DNA of 64,000 bases, taken from Selaginella moellendorffii. Taxonomy: Eukaryota; Plantae; Lycopodiophyta. The position numbers and the translations under genes were made by a program. The DNA is taken from contig NW_003314323.1 of the NCBI RefSeq assembly GCF_000143415.4, positions 1 through 64,000 of the forward strand. The letters are read 5' to 3'. Numbering within the stretch: the stretch's first letter is position 1; every line of letters starts with the position of its first letter. Below the pieces are notes generated by a model. That model saw only the letters and a program-made list of their open reading frames with translations, ran no database searches and was not told the DNA's origin. This document shows, one piece after another, positions 11,001-22,394 of the stretch.

Positions 11001-14000
11001 TCCCATACCTTGTTTGACAGGTTGTCTTCTCGACATCTTCCTTTGCTACCCTGATTTGGTAGTATCCTGACCTTAGGTCAATCCTTAAAAAGTATTTTGC
11101 CTTTCCCAACCTATCGAACAGGTCCTCAATCCTTGGAAGGGTACTTGTTCTTCTTTGTATACTTGTTAAGCAATCGTTAGTCTATGCATATGTGCATAGA
11201 TCCATCTTTCTTTTTCACAAATAACACCGACACCCTATATAGCAACTTGTCAACCTAACATACCCTTTGTCCACCAACTCCTCTAGTTGGCGCTTGAACT
11301 TCTTGAGTTCCTTTTCGTTCAAACAATAGGGGGGAAAAACCACCGCCTCAGCACCCTTGACCAGCTCAATCTTATGTTCTATCGGTCGTGTGGGGGGCAA
11401 CCCCGCTGGTAGCTCCTCCGGCATGGTATCTTGGAATTGATCCAACACCCACTGGATCACTAAAGGTACTTCTTCTGTTCCCATTTTTTTGTCACTCTTC
11501 ACCGAGAGTAAGCACAAAAATGCTACCTTGGTTCCTTTAGTGAGTTGTCCTCTCGTGGACACCAGGTTTAAGCATGAATCTTTGGCCTTGCATTGCCCTA
11601 CCTTTAGATCTTGGGCCTCCACCCTGGATCTTCTTCCTTGGGCATTCGCTAGTACCACAAGGTTCCTACCTTGTCCATACAGGGCTACCACGAACTGATT
11701 AAACCAATCCATCCCGAAGATCACATTAAATCCCGCCATGTCCAACACGGTGAAATCCATGTCTACTTTTCAAATCCTTACTTCGACTTTCGCTTGTTAA
11801 AATACCTCATCGGTGCTTTGGCTACCTTGAACAAACTCTATAGTCCTTGGTTCGCCTAGCCGCTGCACCATTAGTCTAGTTTACCAAACTATGTCTACAG
11901 CCACAAAATTATCCGAAGCACCTGTGTCAATAAGGATCTTAACAAAACTACCTCCGAGCTTCCCTCGAAGGGCTAGTAGATGTCGCGAACGACTCTATAC
12001 CAAAGTTGCTCGTGTAATGAGTAACTTTGAGCTAGAGACTGGATCACATACCTCATTTTGGATTTCATTTGACTTAATGGCCATATTGGCTCTGGCCTTC
12101 TTCGGGTAGGGACATTCCTTCGAAAAGTGTCTCGCTTCTCCACAATTGTAGCACACGTGCTGCTAACCGACTTGACCTTCTTATCTGTGGCTTTGTCTCT
12201 TTTTTCTTGACTCCCCCACGTACTTGCTTGTTGGCCACCAGATTTGCCTTTCCGGAACCCCGAAGACTCATTCTTAGAAAAACCCTTTTTGAATTTCCCT
12301 TTGCTATATGTTCCCCTTGGTTTGGCCCCTTTGCTAAATGTGGACCTCAACCCCGTCGTGTTCCCCTTTCGCAGGTTATCATTGAAATGCACCTTGATGG
12401 CCGCATCCAACACTTCTTTGTAGTTGGTCGGGTTTCAACACATCACCTCACTGAGAGCCCAAGTTTGCAAGCCTGATATGAAGGCATGGAACGCATCCAT
12501 ATCCCCCATATCCGTGACAAGTATCCTTTTTGCTATAAACCCATTCACAGACTCCTGAATGGTTCTGGTTTGCTTCAGCCTACTCAGCTCATCTCTTAGA
12601 TGCAGAGTAGCATTTGGAGGAATGTAAGTCGCACGGATCCTCGCCTTCATCATTTCCCAAGTGGCCACCGGTCCTTTGTTGGCCTCTATCATTCTCCACC
12701 AAGACTTGGCATTATTTGCTAAGTATGGTTTTGCACATGGGACCTTCTCTGAGCTCGGTAACTGCAACGCTCGGAAGTAGTCCTCCATATCATAAAACCA
12801 ATCCTCCACCACCTTATAGTCGTTCACTCCCTTGAAGACTGGTGGGGGCTTTGGTTTATACTTGGGAAATGCCTGAGGGACTGATTCCACTTCGGTCTGT
12901 TCGACTTTGTTTGGTTTTGCCTCAGTCCCTGTCGAATGATCCGCACCTTCTGCGCTACCAACATCTGCAGTCTTTTGCCTTTTCTTTTGCTTCTCGTCAC
13001 ACTTTAGGTTGCGTATGAGAGTCTCTAGCAGGGCATTGGTCTGTGCCAATTGTCCTTCTAGAATGTCCAATCGCGCCTTGGACGACCGAACCTCACCACC
13101 AAAATCCTGTTTGGAAATTTCCTCACTGAAGTCCTCCTCATGCAAGGATTCCTCATCCATAGCCTCTTGTTCAACCGGAGGCTCCAGCTCTGGAAGAGGT
13201 TCTGTCTCCGCCTTGGTTCGTTTCCGCCCTGCCTTCGCCATCTCCCAGCAATCCGCCTCTATCCTTCGCTAGAACTGAGGAAAAGGCTCTAATACCAAAT
13301 TGTAAGCCACAAATTTTTCATTTCCAATTTGCCAACTTACCTTGTCTATCCGTCCAACACTGCCTTGGCTTTTGCTAAGTTCCCTCGCCAAGGTTCCCGC
13401 CTACAGTACCAGCTCCTACTTGGTCCTACTTGGTTTCAGCTACTTACTGCACGAGCAACAGAGTGTTAGCCATCCATCCACAGATTCCTAAATCTCTCCC
13501 AATCCCCCTCCCTGGTTTAGACTGGACTTACAGTTCGGCTACACTCCCCGCAGGCACAAGCAGCCAAGCACACCAAGCCTCCAGGTTCTTAACATCCCTT
13601 TGTACCACAAGACTTGATCATGAGACCCTCTAAATCCCAAGTCTTGGGTGCAACACTTGCTTTGGGATGCCAGGGCGAAACACTGTGGCATAATGGCCCA
13701 GTATGGGTACCTCTACCCCCCCTCTTCCATCCTGAAAGGAAAGCCCAAGCCCCTAAGAAGGGCAAAGACCAATGAGTTGCAAGGTACTCAAATGGGGCAC
13801 CACTCCATATGAGCCAGGAGCACCGCAGTCGGTTTCCCTTTTGGGAGTGGGAGCTGCTCTTGAGCACTTCCTAGGGTGGCCCCTTTGGCACCACCCAAGT
13901 CCATGCTCACTCCCACCCAAGGCCTTTTGGCCCTAGTCTCAACCTCAAGTCAGTTTGGAAGCACCACTATAGAGTTCCTTCAAAATTGGTTCTTGAACCT

Positions 14001-14459
14001 TACTATCCCTACTATACTTTTGGAACCCCCTGTAGCCCCCCCCCTAGGAGCGCAAGCTTTGGCTTGACCTATATTAGTACTCGGACTCAGTCTCGGACTC
14101 GATCTTAGACTCAATCTAGGACCCGACTTCGGATTCGGTCTTGGACTCGATCTTAGACTCGATCTCGGACCTGATCTCGGACTCGACTTTGGACTCAATC
14201 TCAAACTCGGTCTCGGACCCGATCTCAGATCTCGGTCTCGGACCCGATCTCAGATCTCGGACTCTGTCTCAAACTTGGTCTCGAACTCGGTCTCCGAGTC
14301 GGCCTCGGACTCAATTCCGGACTCTATCATGAACTCAGTCTCAAAGTCAGTCTTGGACTCGATCTCAGACTCAGTCCCATCCGATGAACTCTTTGTCATT
14401 TCGGTCATGCTTTTGGGGATCCTTTACCTTACGACACCTCGGGGAGTTGGTTCCTTACA
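8041..14459 (-). mobile_element. Decayed Ty3/gypsy chromovirus LTR retrotransposon
   Basis: 5' LTR 13301-14459 (TGTAAG...CTTACA). iMet-type PBS 13286-13297. gag 12435-13241, zinc knuckle, protease IDTGAS, RT YIDD (10768-11109), RNase H/INT (9724-10647). Chromodomain YEVEAIL..VKWKGF..EATWE at ~8520-8690. PPT at 8084-8097. 3' LTR truncated to 8041-8083. Many stops and frameshifts. Confidence 0.93.
14079..14372. repeat. ~12-bp minisatellite (CTCGGACTCGAT-like) inside the LTR
   Basis: More than 20 degenerate tandem units. Confidence 0.85.
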
Positions 14460-14460
14460 G

Positions 14461-15705
14461 AGAGCTTCCAAATCAGGGAAAGGAAAAGTGTCCCTCTATA
14501 AAGCTACACTCTCCGACCTCACTAGATCTCTTGAGCAATCATCAAAAGCTTTGGCTGCACAGGAAGCAAGGTTTGCTGGTACAAGTCCAAACTTAAACAA
14601 GCTTCGAGAGCGGGTTGGTAGAAGGAAAACACCAGCAATAGGGTCTAAGATGGTGGGGGAAGTTGTTATTGGAACTCTTATGGAATCAAGTTATGAACCA
14701 CTTGGGGGCATGAGGACAATGCGTTTGAAGCATCGACAGACATTTGATGGGCCCAACATCACTCCTTCTAGCTTTCACTGTCCAGAGTTTGACTACCATT
14801 CTGTTCCACAACACCGGAGAAAAACTAAAGAACATGGAGTGGAGGAGGTGCCAATTGTTACACAAGTAAATCCAGTGCTAAAGGTTGAGAAGATTATTAC
14901 TCGTGAGCCAATTTTTCATATCAACTGGGCAATTTGAAGAGTCAATACCAAAAGTAATGCATGTTGCTTTGGAATGATTAGGAGTCGAGGCCAGTGTCTT
15001 GCATTTGTGTGCTCAGGTTCAAGTTCTTCAGCAGTACCATGTTTTTGGGGCTGTTGAGATCTAGGGGTAAAGGGCTATCAGTCAAGTTGGATTTACTGTT
15101 GTGGGACTGATGTTACTCATACAAACCGGATCCACAACTCAATTATCTCAAAGCCAAATTCTGTGCTAGAGGAGTGGCCAGTTGAGCGAAGCTACAATCT
15201 TTTGAAAGAAGAGATTGAAAGTTTAGAGAGAGCTGGTTTCAAATTGAAGACTTCCTCAAATGTTCTTATTGATACTGTTATGCCACCAATGTCAACAATA
15301 GACCAGCATACATGACTAGCTAGAAATGGGAAGGCTGTACAATATATATCTTCCATTTCAAAAGGTGCACAAGAGAAGATCAAACTAGCAAAGGCGTTGA
15401 AATGCATAATCACAAAGATAAATTACATCAGTGTTGTGGCTAAGGAATTTGTTGTTGTGACTAAGTCGTCAAAGGGTACGAGCTACACTATCAGAATCTA
15501 TGAAAATCCATCCTATACCTATCCAAATTTTACACAAAGGGAGAATAGAGGAAAGGTATATTTAACCTGCAAGCACATTTATTACATTTTTATGCAAGAA
15601 CTAAACCAAGATCTTAAGGTTGACTATCATATCCATCAAGCAAACTTTGCAATTGCAAAGTTTGAGATAGTGTTCGGATCTATATTTATATTTGTATTTT
15701 ATTGA
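14461..15705 (+). pseudogene. Degenerate SWIM zinc-finger gene remnant, probably transposon-associated
   Basis: GTSYTIRIYENPS...FTQRENRGKVYLTCKHIYYIF resembles a SWIM finger with the first cysteines lost; upstream frame interrupted by stops. Confidence 0.45.
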
Positions 15706-15799
15706 TCAAATTTACTTGGAAATATAGATTAAATCAAATTTTGAAAAATGAAAAAATGTTAGTTTGGGACAAACCAATGTTTTCCTCTAATTTTATAGG

Positions 15800-16546
15800 A
15801 ATTTCAGTTCAAGATTGTGTTGAAGCCTGGACGAAGTCATAAAATGCTTGATCATCTTTCAAGGTTGCTAGCTTCTACTATGGATGGAATTACTGGAGTG
15901 GATGATGAGCTTCCAGATGCTCAACTTTTTCAAGTAGTTAGCGAGGAGGAAGTGGATGTAGAGGTTTTCCAAGTTGAAGCAATACCTGAGTGGTACCATG
16001 AGGTGGCACAATTCTTGTTAAGTGGCAAGTATCCTTTAGATTTTTCTAGTAAAGAGAATAAGCAGTTACTTCTTCAATCTCAGTGCTTCACTTTGATTGT
16101 TAGGCAACTATACCATATGGGAAATGATGAAGTGTTGCAGCAATGTGTGTTAGCTCATAAGGTACCTGAGGTTATTTTTGCATATCATGACTCACCTTTT
16201 GGAAGACATTTTTGTGAGGAAGTTACAATGGAGTTGGTAAAAAGGACAGAATATTAGTGGCCGACTATGCACCAGGATATTTCAAAGTATATGAGAGGTT
16301 GTGATCCATGTTAAAAGACTAAGAAACCATCAAGAAGAGATATAATGCCATTGCAGCCACTTTTGCTAGTATTGCCATTTGAGAAAAGGGGAATTGATTT
16401 TATCAGGCCTTTTCCAGCAAGCAAGCATACTCATTGCAAGTATGTGCTAATTTATACTGACTATGTGACCAAGTGGGCCAAAGTAAAAGCATTGAAGGAA
16501 GATATAGGCAGAAAAGTTGTTGAGTTTTTGTACAAGCAAGTTATTA
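15800..16546 (+). mobile_element. Ty3/gypsy pol fragment (RNase H end-integrase)
   Basis: KPGRSHKMLDHLSRL, YHDSPFGRHF, PFEKRGIDFIRPFP, DYVTKWAK with stops. Confidence 0.8.
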
Positions 16547-17183
16547 TCTGAAGAAGTGCATGCAAGGTCTAACAGTGAAGGTGTTTTGAACATATAATGC
16601 ATCATATACTTTGAAGACATATGTGACTTTTACTTTGTCAAGGCCAAAATGATCTGACAAATTACTTGTTACAGTTGAAGGAGACGCTTGGTGCAACTCT
16701 TAACAAGAAAACTGCAGAATACTCCTGAGCAAATAAGGAGGTAAGATAACATTCTGTTTGGTTAGCACTTTGTTGACAGGTCGCACTTCCATGTAACGGA
16801 CAGTATCCAAGGGCCATAGTGCTCAGATGGAAAGATTGGAGTCAAAGATTGCAGAGTTAAAGGTCCGTTTTTCTTTATGGTTTGTTTGAGGCTGACGCTT
16901 TGCTATTGGCAGACACTGTGTGAGAAACTTGCAACAGACTTGGGGAAAGTTTAAAAGGGCAAACCTCCAGCTAAAAGGCCTCCAGTAAGTAGATGATTTT
17001 TACGTTTCTACTTTTATGATACTGACTATTCATGTAAATTCCAGGTTGGAAAAGAAGTTGGTTCAAAGCGAAGATGACCTTGGATCTGTCCTCCGTCAAA
17101 GAAGATCTCAAAACCGTGGCGCTGGGAACGTCAAAGATCAACTAACTACATGGATCCTCAAATAACGGTTGCTCATTGAGAAG
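16547..17183 (+). pseudogene. TOP1: DNA topoisomerase IB 3' gene fragment with introns (copy a)
   Basis: [36 protein letters not shown](Y); stop and frameshift present. Confidence 0.85.
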
Positions 17184-17464
17184 GTAACCAGGCACTTCGT
17201 ACTTTCATTTCTTTTATTTCTCTTACTGAGGCATGCTGTGGCAGTGGCACAAGCAGCTTTTCCAGTGACTTGACCATGGTATACCATGCTCAACTCAGGA
17301 GATTTGGATCATAGGTTTTTAATTAGTCATTGCTGGCCAAATTCGCGTCGGAGAGAAAAACTTGGAAGAAGGTGACTCCCCCCTGTCAATATAACGTCAA
17401 CACTTGCGAGACTCTATCTCAGTCTTGATGATCATGGTCTCACTGTGAGAACTGGAGGGTAACG

Positions 17465-19384
17465 TCACAGACGAGTGGAGCTGAAGTAGGATCCAGGTAG
17501 TTGCAAGCTGAAGCTTCTGGAGCTACCATCACTTGAAGGTGGTGGCAAGTCAAGAACGTCTATGTTACCTTCGAGCATATCCAGGACGTTTCTCATAGAG
17601 GGCCGGATTTCTGCCTCGAGTTGGATGCACCACAGTCCGATTTTCACGTACCTCTCAGCATCCTTGAGCTCCAAGCCACTGCTAGTGCTGGCGAGATCAT
17701 TGTCCAGGAGCTTGTCGTCAATAAGCTCGACGATGTTGCCACTGTGAAACATGCTCAGCGCGGTTTCGCCTAGGAAGCGCGGTTGTGAGGAGGAAGAGGA
17801 GGAAGAGGAGGATGGAGGATGGAACTGGATGGTGCGCTTGGAGCTGACGAGCTCGAGCAGCACAATTCCAAAGCTGTAAACGTCGGTCTTGTCCGTGACT
17901 TTGGTGTGGAGCCACTCAGGTGCCATGTATCCGGGAGTTCCTCGCATGACAGTCACCACTTGGCTCTTTCCCCGCTCGGCAAGCTTGCTCAGGCCAAAGT
18001 CGGAGATTCTGGCTCGTAAGTTCTCGTCCAGGAGGATGTTTTGAGGTTTGATATCCAGGTGAAGAACTTGCTCCCGGCATCCTTCATGGAGGTATGTGAG
18101 TCCTCGAGCAACATCTATCGCGATTGAGTGCCTCTGATTCCAGTTTAACAGCAGATTTGCTGATCCGCCACCTTTGTCATCATCGTTCTTGGTGAAGATC
18201 CACTTGTCCAGTGATCCATTGGGCATGAACTCGTAGACAAGCAATGCAGCTGGTCCCTGGATGCAAAATCCCCGGAGCTTTACCAGGTTGAAGTGGTGAA
18301 TGCTGCCAATGGACATTACCTCGGCCTTGAACTGCGAGTGTCCTTTCGACGAGCCTTGGATCTCTACGTCCATCTTCTTCACAGCAACGAGGCTCCCATC
18401 CGCAAGCTCTCCTTTGAAGACGGATCCAAATCCTCCAGCTCCAAGCGTGAGCTCGGGATCAAAGTTTCTAGTTGCCATCTTCAAGTCGTGATAGCTAAAC
18501 TGGTGCGGAAGTATCTCATCGAGCCTCATTCCTTCGATGAGCGCTTGCTTTTCCATGCGCCTCCTCCGAGATCTTCTCCACTTCCTGGTTGCTACAAAGA
18601 TTACGACGCTAAGTACCACCCCGGCCACAGCGCTTGCTACCCCAGCGATCACTCCCTCATAATTCTTTTTGCTTCGAATGGACTGTGGAAGATTACTATC
18701 AATGACATTCCAGGTGATATTTCTCAAGATTCCAATGCCTGGATCATACCCAAGCTGCCTCCACACTTGCTCGTTCGCAGCCACAGCGTTTGGAGCACAG
18801 GGCTCCGTGAACGAATGATCCCTGAGACACCCGGCTGGGGAGTAGCATTCAGCCACCATTCTAGCGACCGCAGTCCGTCCGTTTGGAGCTAAAACTTGGA
18901 TGTTTTTCGAGCACAAGCTTCGGTCTTGGGTATACCATCCAGTGGCGAGCGCTGCCATGGGTTCCATATTCCATTGCGAGGATGTGCACGGCCTGAGAGA
19001 CCCCGGATTTGAGAGGTTGAAGCTTGTGACATAGAGGACGGCATTGTTGGTCCCTTGTAAATTTGCAGAGCAGATGAAAGTCCTGTAAGCCAGGCCTGGG
19101 ACGCAGCAATTCGGGCAGTCTGGAGCGATGGTGGCATTGAAATTGACTATGGAGGTGGGCTTGCAAGTTTCGGAATCGCTGAGATATGGCTCGGATTGAT
19201 TGCTCGATAGGTAGCAGGATGAATTGCGGAGTGAACGGTTGCCGCTGAGCATGGGCTCCGGGAAACAAAGAGATCCATTCGGGCAGTCGCTTAACGAAGA
19301 ACATACCTGTTGTTGGGCTTGCGAGTGGAAGCTCCTGGTGCTACATAGCACGATCATGAAGCACATGAGAATCGACACCTCCAT
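17465..19384 (-). CDS. Kiwellin-ectodomain receptor-like kinase A (non-RD), intronless, 639 aa
   Basis: Signal peptide; kiwellin/DPBB motifs MAALATGWY...CSKNIQV...NGRTAVA...EC...GC...EPC.PN...VWRQLG; TM segment; kinase GAGGFG, VAVKK, HLDIKPQN, DFG, GTPGYMAPE. Confidence 0.92.
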   Translation of the reverse strand: MEVSILMCFMIVLCSTRSFHSQAQQQVCSSLSDCPNGSLCFPEPMLSGNRSLRNSSCYLSSNQSEPYLSDSETCKPTSIVNFNATIAPDCPNCCVPGLAYRTFICSANLQGTNNAVLYVTSFNLSNPGSLRPCTSSQWNMEPMAALATGWYTQDRSLCSKNIQVLAPNGRTAVARMVAECYSPAGCLRDHSFTEPCAPNAVAANEQVWRQLGYDPGIGILRNITWNVIDSNLPQSIRSKKNYEGVIAGVASAVAGVVLSVVIFVATRKWRRSRRRRMEKQALIEGMRLDEILPHQFSYHDLKMATRNFDPELTLGAGGFGSVFKGELADGSLVAVKKMDVEIQGSSKGHSQFKAEVMSIGSIHHFNLVKLRGFCIQGPAALLVYEFMPNGSLDKWIFTKNDDDKGGGSANLLLNWNQRHSIAIDVARGLTYLHEGCREQVLHLDIKPQNILLDENLRARISDFGLSKLAERGKSQVVTVMRGTPGYMAPEWLHTKVTDKTDVYSFGIVLLELVSSKRTIQFHPPSSSSSSSSSQPRFLGETALSMFHSGNIVELIDDKLLDNDLASTSSGLELKDAERYVKIGLWCIQLEAEIRPSMRNVLDMLEGNIDVLDLPPPSSDGSSRSFSLQLPGSYFSSTRL

Positions 19385-19606
19385 AGTTCAGTAAATACCA
19401 CTCTTCTTGGGCATCATGGAAGTGTCTCTTCGGCCCACAAATTGAAAGTTTGGCAGCTGGCTGCAGGTCAGTGTCAAGGTTTTTCTGCCCTGGCAGGACA
19501 CTAGCAGGCCTGCCTGGGTCTAGCTCCACTTGAGACGGCAAAAGACTTCAGACTTTTTCTAGAGCTTTTAAACCAGTTTACCCGCGACACGTTTGCAATT
19601 CCAGCC
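19385..19606. promoter_or_regulatory. 222-bp divergent intergenic region (putative bidirectional promoter)
   Basis: Separates the two RLK start codons; homologous copies at ~22623-22924 and ~43426-43736. Confidence 0.65.
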
Positions 19607-21403
19607 ATGGATCATCGCAGCAGCACTTTCTTCGCGCTCGCGATGATCTCACTCGTCAGCGCCACCGCGCAGCATTTCTCCTCCTCTTGCGGCACGAGAT
19701 GCGACTCTAGGCGCGATTGTTCTGGCGGCCTCGTTTGCAATCCTGTTAGCAAGACCTGCGATGGCGATCCAGGAGCTAGCACCCTTTCCTGCCCAATTCC
19801 CGGCTGCGAGCCCGCCCAGAGCTTCATCTACTCGAATGCCACCGCCCACGATCCCGAGTACTGCGTCGACAACAACACCTACCAGTTCTTCAATTGCTCG
19901 CCTAAAGAGCAGTCTCTCAACTTCGCGGCTCTCTACTACACCGAGCTGGAGGGAATCCCCACGGCATGCAATCGGTCCACGCCTTACAAGAACTCGGAGC
20001 TCCTGGCAAACATGGCCACCGGATGGTTTGCCAGTGGATCCTCGTGCTTCAAAGAGATTGTGATCACGGCAGAGAATGGGATGAGCGTCACGGCGACGGT
20101 GGTGGACATTTGTGCATCAACGATCGGGTGTAGCCCATTGACTGGATACTACGAGCCGTGCACGCCCAGATCGCTGGGAGGGACGAGAGGTGTGTGGGAA
20201 GCGCTGGGGCAGACGTATTTTGATAATGTGTTGCAAGTCACTTGGAAGTGGAAGGGCGAGGATTCGAAAAAACGCACTCTTTTCATTGCACTGGTTTCTA
20301 GTGGAGCGCTCGTTGCCTTGGCGCTCTTAGGCATTTTGTGGTGGAAGGTCGTGAGACGGTCCAATGCCGCCAAGAACAAGCTCCATCTGGGGGATCTCAC
20401 GGATGCCCCGCGGCAAATCAGGTACCAAGAGTTGTATCGAGCGACCAAGGGATTCCAGAGCAAGGTGGGAGAGGGAGGGTTTGGGACTGTGTTCAAGGGG
20501 ACGCTGCCCAGCGGAGAGATTGTGGCGGTCAAGAGGATTGGCGGTGGATCGCGGCAGGGGGACAAGCAATTTAAAGCGGAGGTGATGTCGATTGGCAGCA
20601 TCCATCACCTCAATCTCGTCAAGCTGGTTGGATTTTGCCTGCATTCTCGCCACAACTTACTCATCTACGAGTTCCTCGCCAATGGCTCGCTGGATAGATG
20701 GATTTTTGCCAAGGACAAGTATCTGCCCTGGGCAACCAGGCTTTCCATCGCGCTCGACGTCGCTCGAGGGCTTGCGTATCTCCACGATGGATGCCGCGAG
20801 AAGGTACTCCATCTAGACATCAAGCCCCAGAACATCCTCCTGGACGAGAAGATGAATGCCAAAATCGCCGACTTTGGATTCTCCAAGCTCATTGACAAGG
20901 ACAAAACTCATGTCGTGACAGTCATGCGGGGTACGGTGGGATACATGGCTCCCGAGTGGCTCCACTCTCGTGTGACGGACAAGACGGACGTCTATAGCTT
21001 TGGGATCGTCCTCCTGGAGCTCGTCTGCTGCATGAAGGCCGTGGAGTATCCCTCGGACTCACAGATGGACGTTGGGTTCCTCGCCCAGACTGCTTTCAAC
21101 AAGCTCGACAGTGGAAACGCCATGGACTTGGTGGACGATCGGCTGGTCAAAGCCGAGGACGGTGGTGGTTTATCCTTGAGTGGCTTCGAGAACATCATCC
21201 GGATCGGGCTATGGTGTGCACAGGAGGATCCTTTGCAGCGACCAACGATGTCTGTGGTGGTGAAGATGCTCGAGGGTGCCATGGATGTGTTGGCGTTCCC
21301 TCAGCTGGAGAGACCCGCTGCACAGGATTCATCGCTCCTGGTGAGCAGCAGCGAGAGCTCGGGATTGCAAATCTCCATCTCGGTCTCGGACTTGGCTCGC
21401 TAA
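19607..21403 (+). CDS. Kissper-Kiwellin-ectodomain receptor-like kinase B (non-RD), intronless, 598 aa
   Basis: Signal peptide; kissper-like CGTRCDSRRDCSGGLVC...CDGDP; kiwellin ANMATGWF..C...NGMSVTATVVDIC...GC...YEPC...VWEALG; TM segment; kinase with HLDIKPQN. Confidence 0.92.
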   Translation: MDHRSSTFFALAMISLVSATAQHFSSSCGTRCDSRRDCSGGLVCNPVSKTCDGDPGASTLSCPIPGCEPAQSFIYSNATAHDPEYCVDNNTYQFFNCSPKEQSLNFAALYYTELEGIPTACNRSTPYKNSELLANMATGWFASGSSCFKEIVITAENGMSVTATVVDICASTIGCSPLTGYYEPCTPRSLGGTRGVWEALGQTYFDNVLQVTWKWKGEDSKKRTLFIALVSSGALVALALLGILWWKVVRRSNAAKNKLHLGDLTDAPRQIRYQELYRATKGFQSKVGEGGFGTVFKGTLPSGEIVAVKRIGGGSRQGDKQFKAEVMSIGSIHHLNLVKLVGFCLHSRHNLLIYEFLANGSLDRWIFAKDKYLPWATRLSIALDVARGLAYLHDGCREKVLHLDIKPQNILLDEKMNAKIADFGFSKLIDKDKTHVVTVMRGTVGYMAPEWLHSRVTDKTDVYSFGIVLLELVCCMKAVEYPSDSQMDVGFLAQTAFNKLDSGNAMDLVDDRLVKAEDGGGLSLSGFENIIRIGLWCAQEDPLQRPTMSVVVKMLEGAMDVLAFPQLERPAAQDSSLLVSSSESSGLQISISVSDLAR

Positions 21404-21776
21404 GTAGCTTATTAACTTATTAAGCAGGTCAATCGAACGGCAATTTACATATATTTTTAGAATCCTCGATGAGAAACCAAAAGGTCTTGAGGTGGACGAT
21501 ATTCATTCAGTAGTTTATAAGCAGTTTCGATGATCTGTTTTGCTGAACTCCTCCAGATCGCCACACGGCTGCCAAACCTCACAGGAAGAATTGTAATTGT
21601 CTAAAAATCACCAACCTGCTGCTTCTCTTTCTTTTTTGCGAAAGACCAATGCTGATTTCAGAATCAGAACAATGAATTTTAATTATAGAATTCCTGCTGC
21701 TAAGAGATAAAAATAGGTGAGCTGTTTATTAGTCTCAATAGCAAACCAAATCTTATGATATGCAAGCATTTCCAAT

Positions 21777-22394
21777 CTAGCTGCCATAGTCTTGGATCTG
21801 GCAGTTCGGATCAATATTGGCATCCCATGATTCAGCATCCTGTAGCTCATGCTCAATATTATGGTAGTTACTCTCAGATCCCACGTAGAAGTCCATGTTG
21901 CATTCATTGTTCTTCTCCTTGTCTTTCTTGCAGGCATCATCCACCCGAACACATCCATTGTGTTGCCTGCCGTTGGGAAGCGCTAAGCCTTGGAGCAGAT
22001 CTATCTTGAGATGTGATCCAAAGGGATACTTCCCTTCATCTGGAACAGCAATAGACACGTAAAGCTGCAAGTCGTTCTCTCGACTGCCCTTGGGACCATC
22101 AGTCACGAAGTAGCAGGTGCAATCGTTGTCTTGACAATTCACGTAGCGCCCGTCCTTCAACCTTCCAGCACCCTCAACGTGGATTTTTGAACTGAAACCG
22201 CCACAGACGGAAGCTATCGCGTTGCCATCGCAATCCTTGATTTCTGTGTTTGAGGCCTCGTTGCCGCATAGAACACTCTCCTCTACAGTCCAGTAGTACG
22301 TGAAACTCTCTCTGGCTGCCTCCACTGAGAATCCCAGAGCCATGCAATCGAAAAAGAGCACAAGAGAAGCGGAAGATCGATGATTTTTAGCCAT
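21777..22394 (-). CDS. Secreted 3D-domain/MltA-like (DPBB) protein, intronless, 205 aa
   Basis: Signal peptide MAKNHRSSASLVLFF; FTYYW, EGAGRLKDGRYVN, YVSIAV..YPFGS.L.I..L.G..LPNGRQHNGCVRVDD, MDFYVG; TATAAAA at 22450-22456 (minus strand). Confidence 0.75.
   Translation of the reverse strand: MAKNHRSSASLVLFFDCMALGFSVEAARESFTYYWTVEESVLCGNEASNTEIKDCDGNAIASVCGGFSSKIHVEGAGRLKDGRYVNCQDNDCTCYFVTDGPKGSRENDLQLYVSIAVPDEGKYPFGSHLKIDLLQGLALPNGRQHNGCVRVDDACKKDKEKNNECNMDFYVGSESNYHNIEHELQDAESWDANIDPNCQIQDYGS

Noticed and set aside
8034-14467. AGAGCTT near both ends of the chromovirus as a TSD
   Set aside because: The left LTR is truncated and the right copy is offset by one base; probably coincidence.
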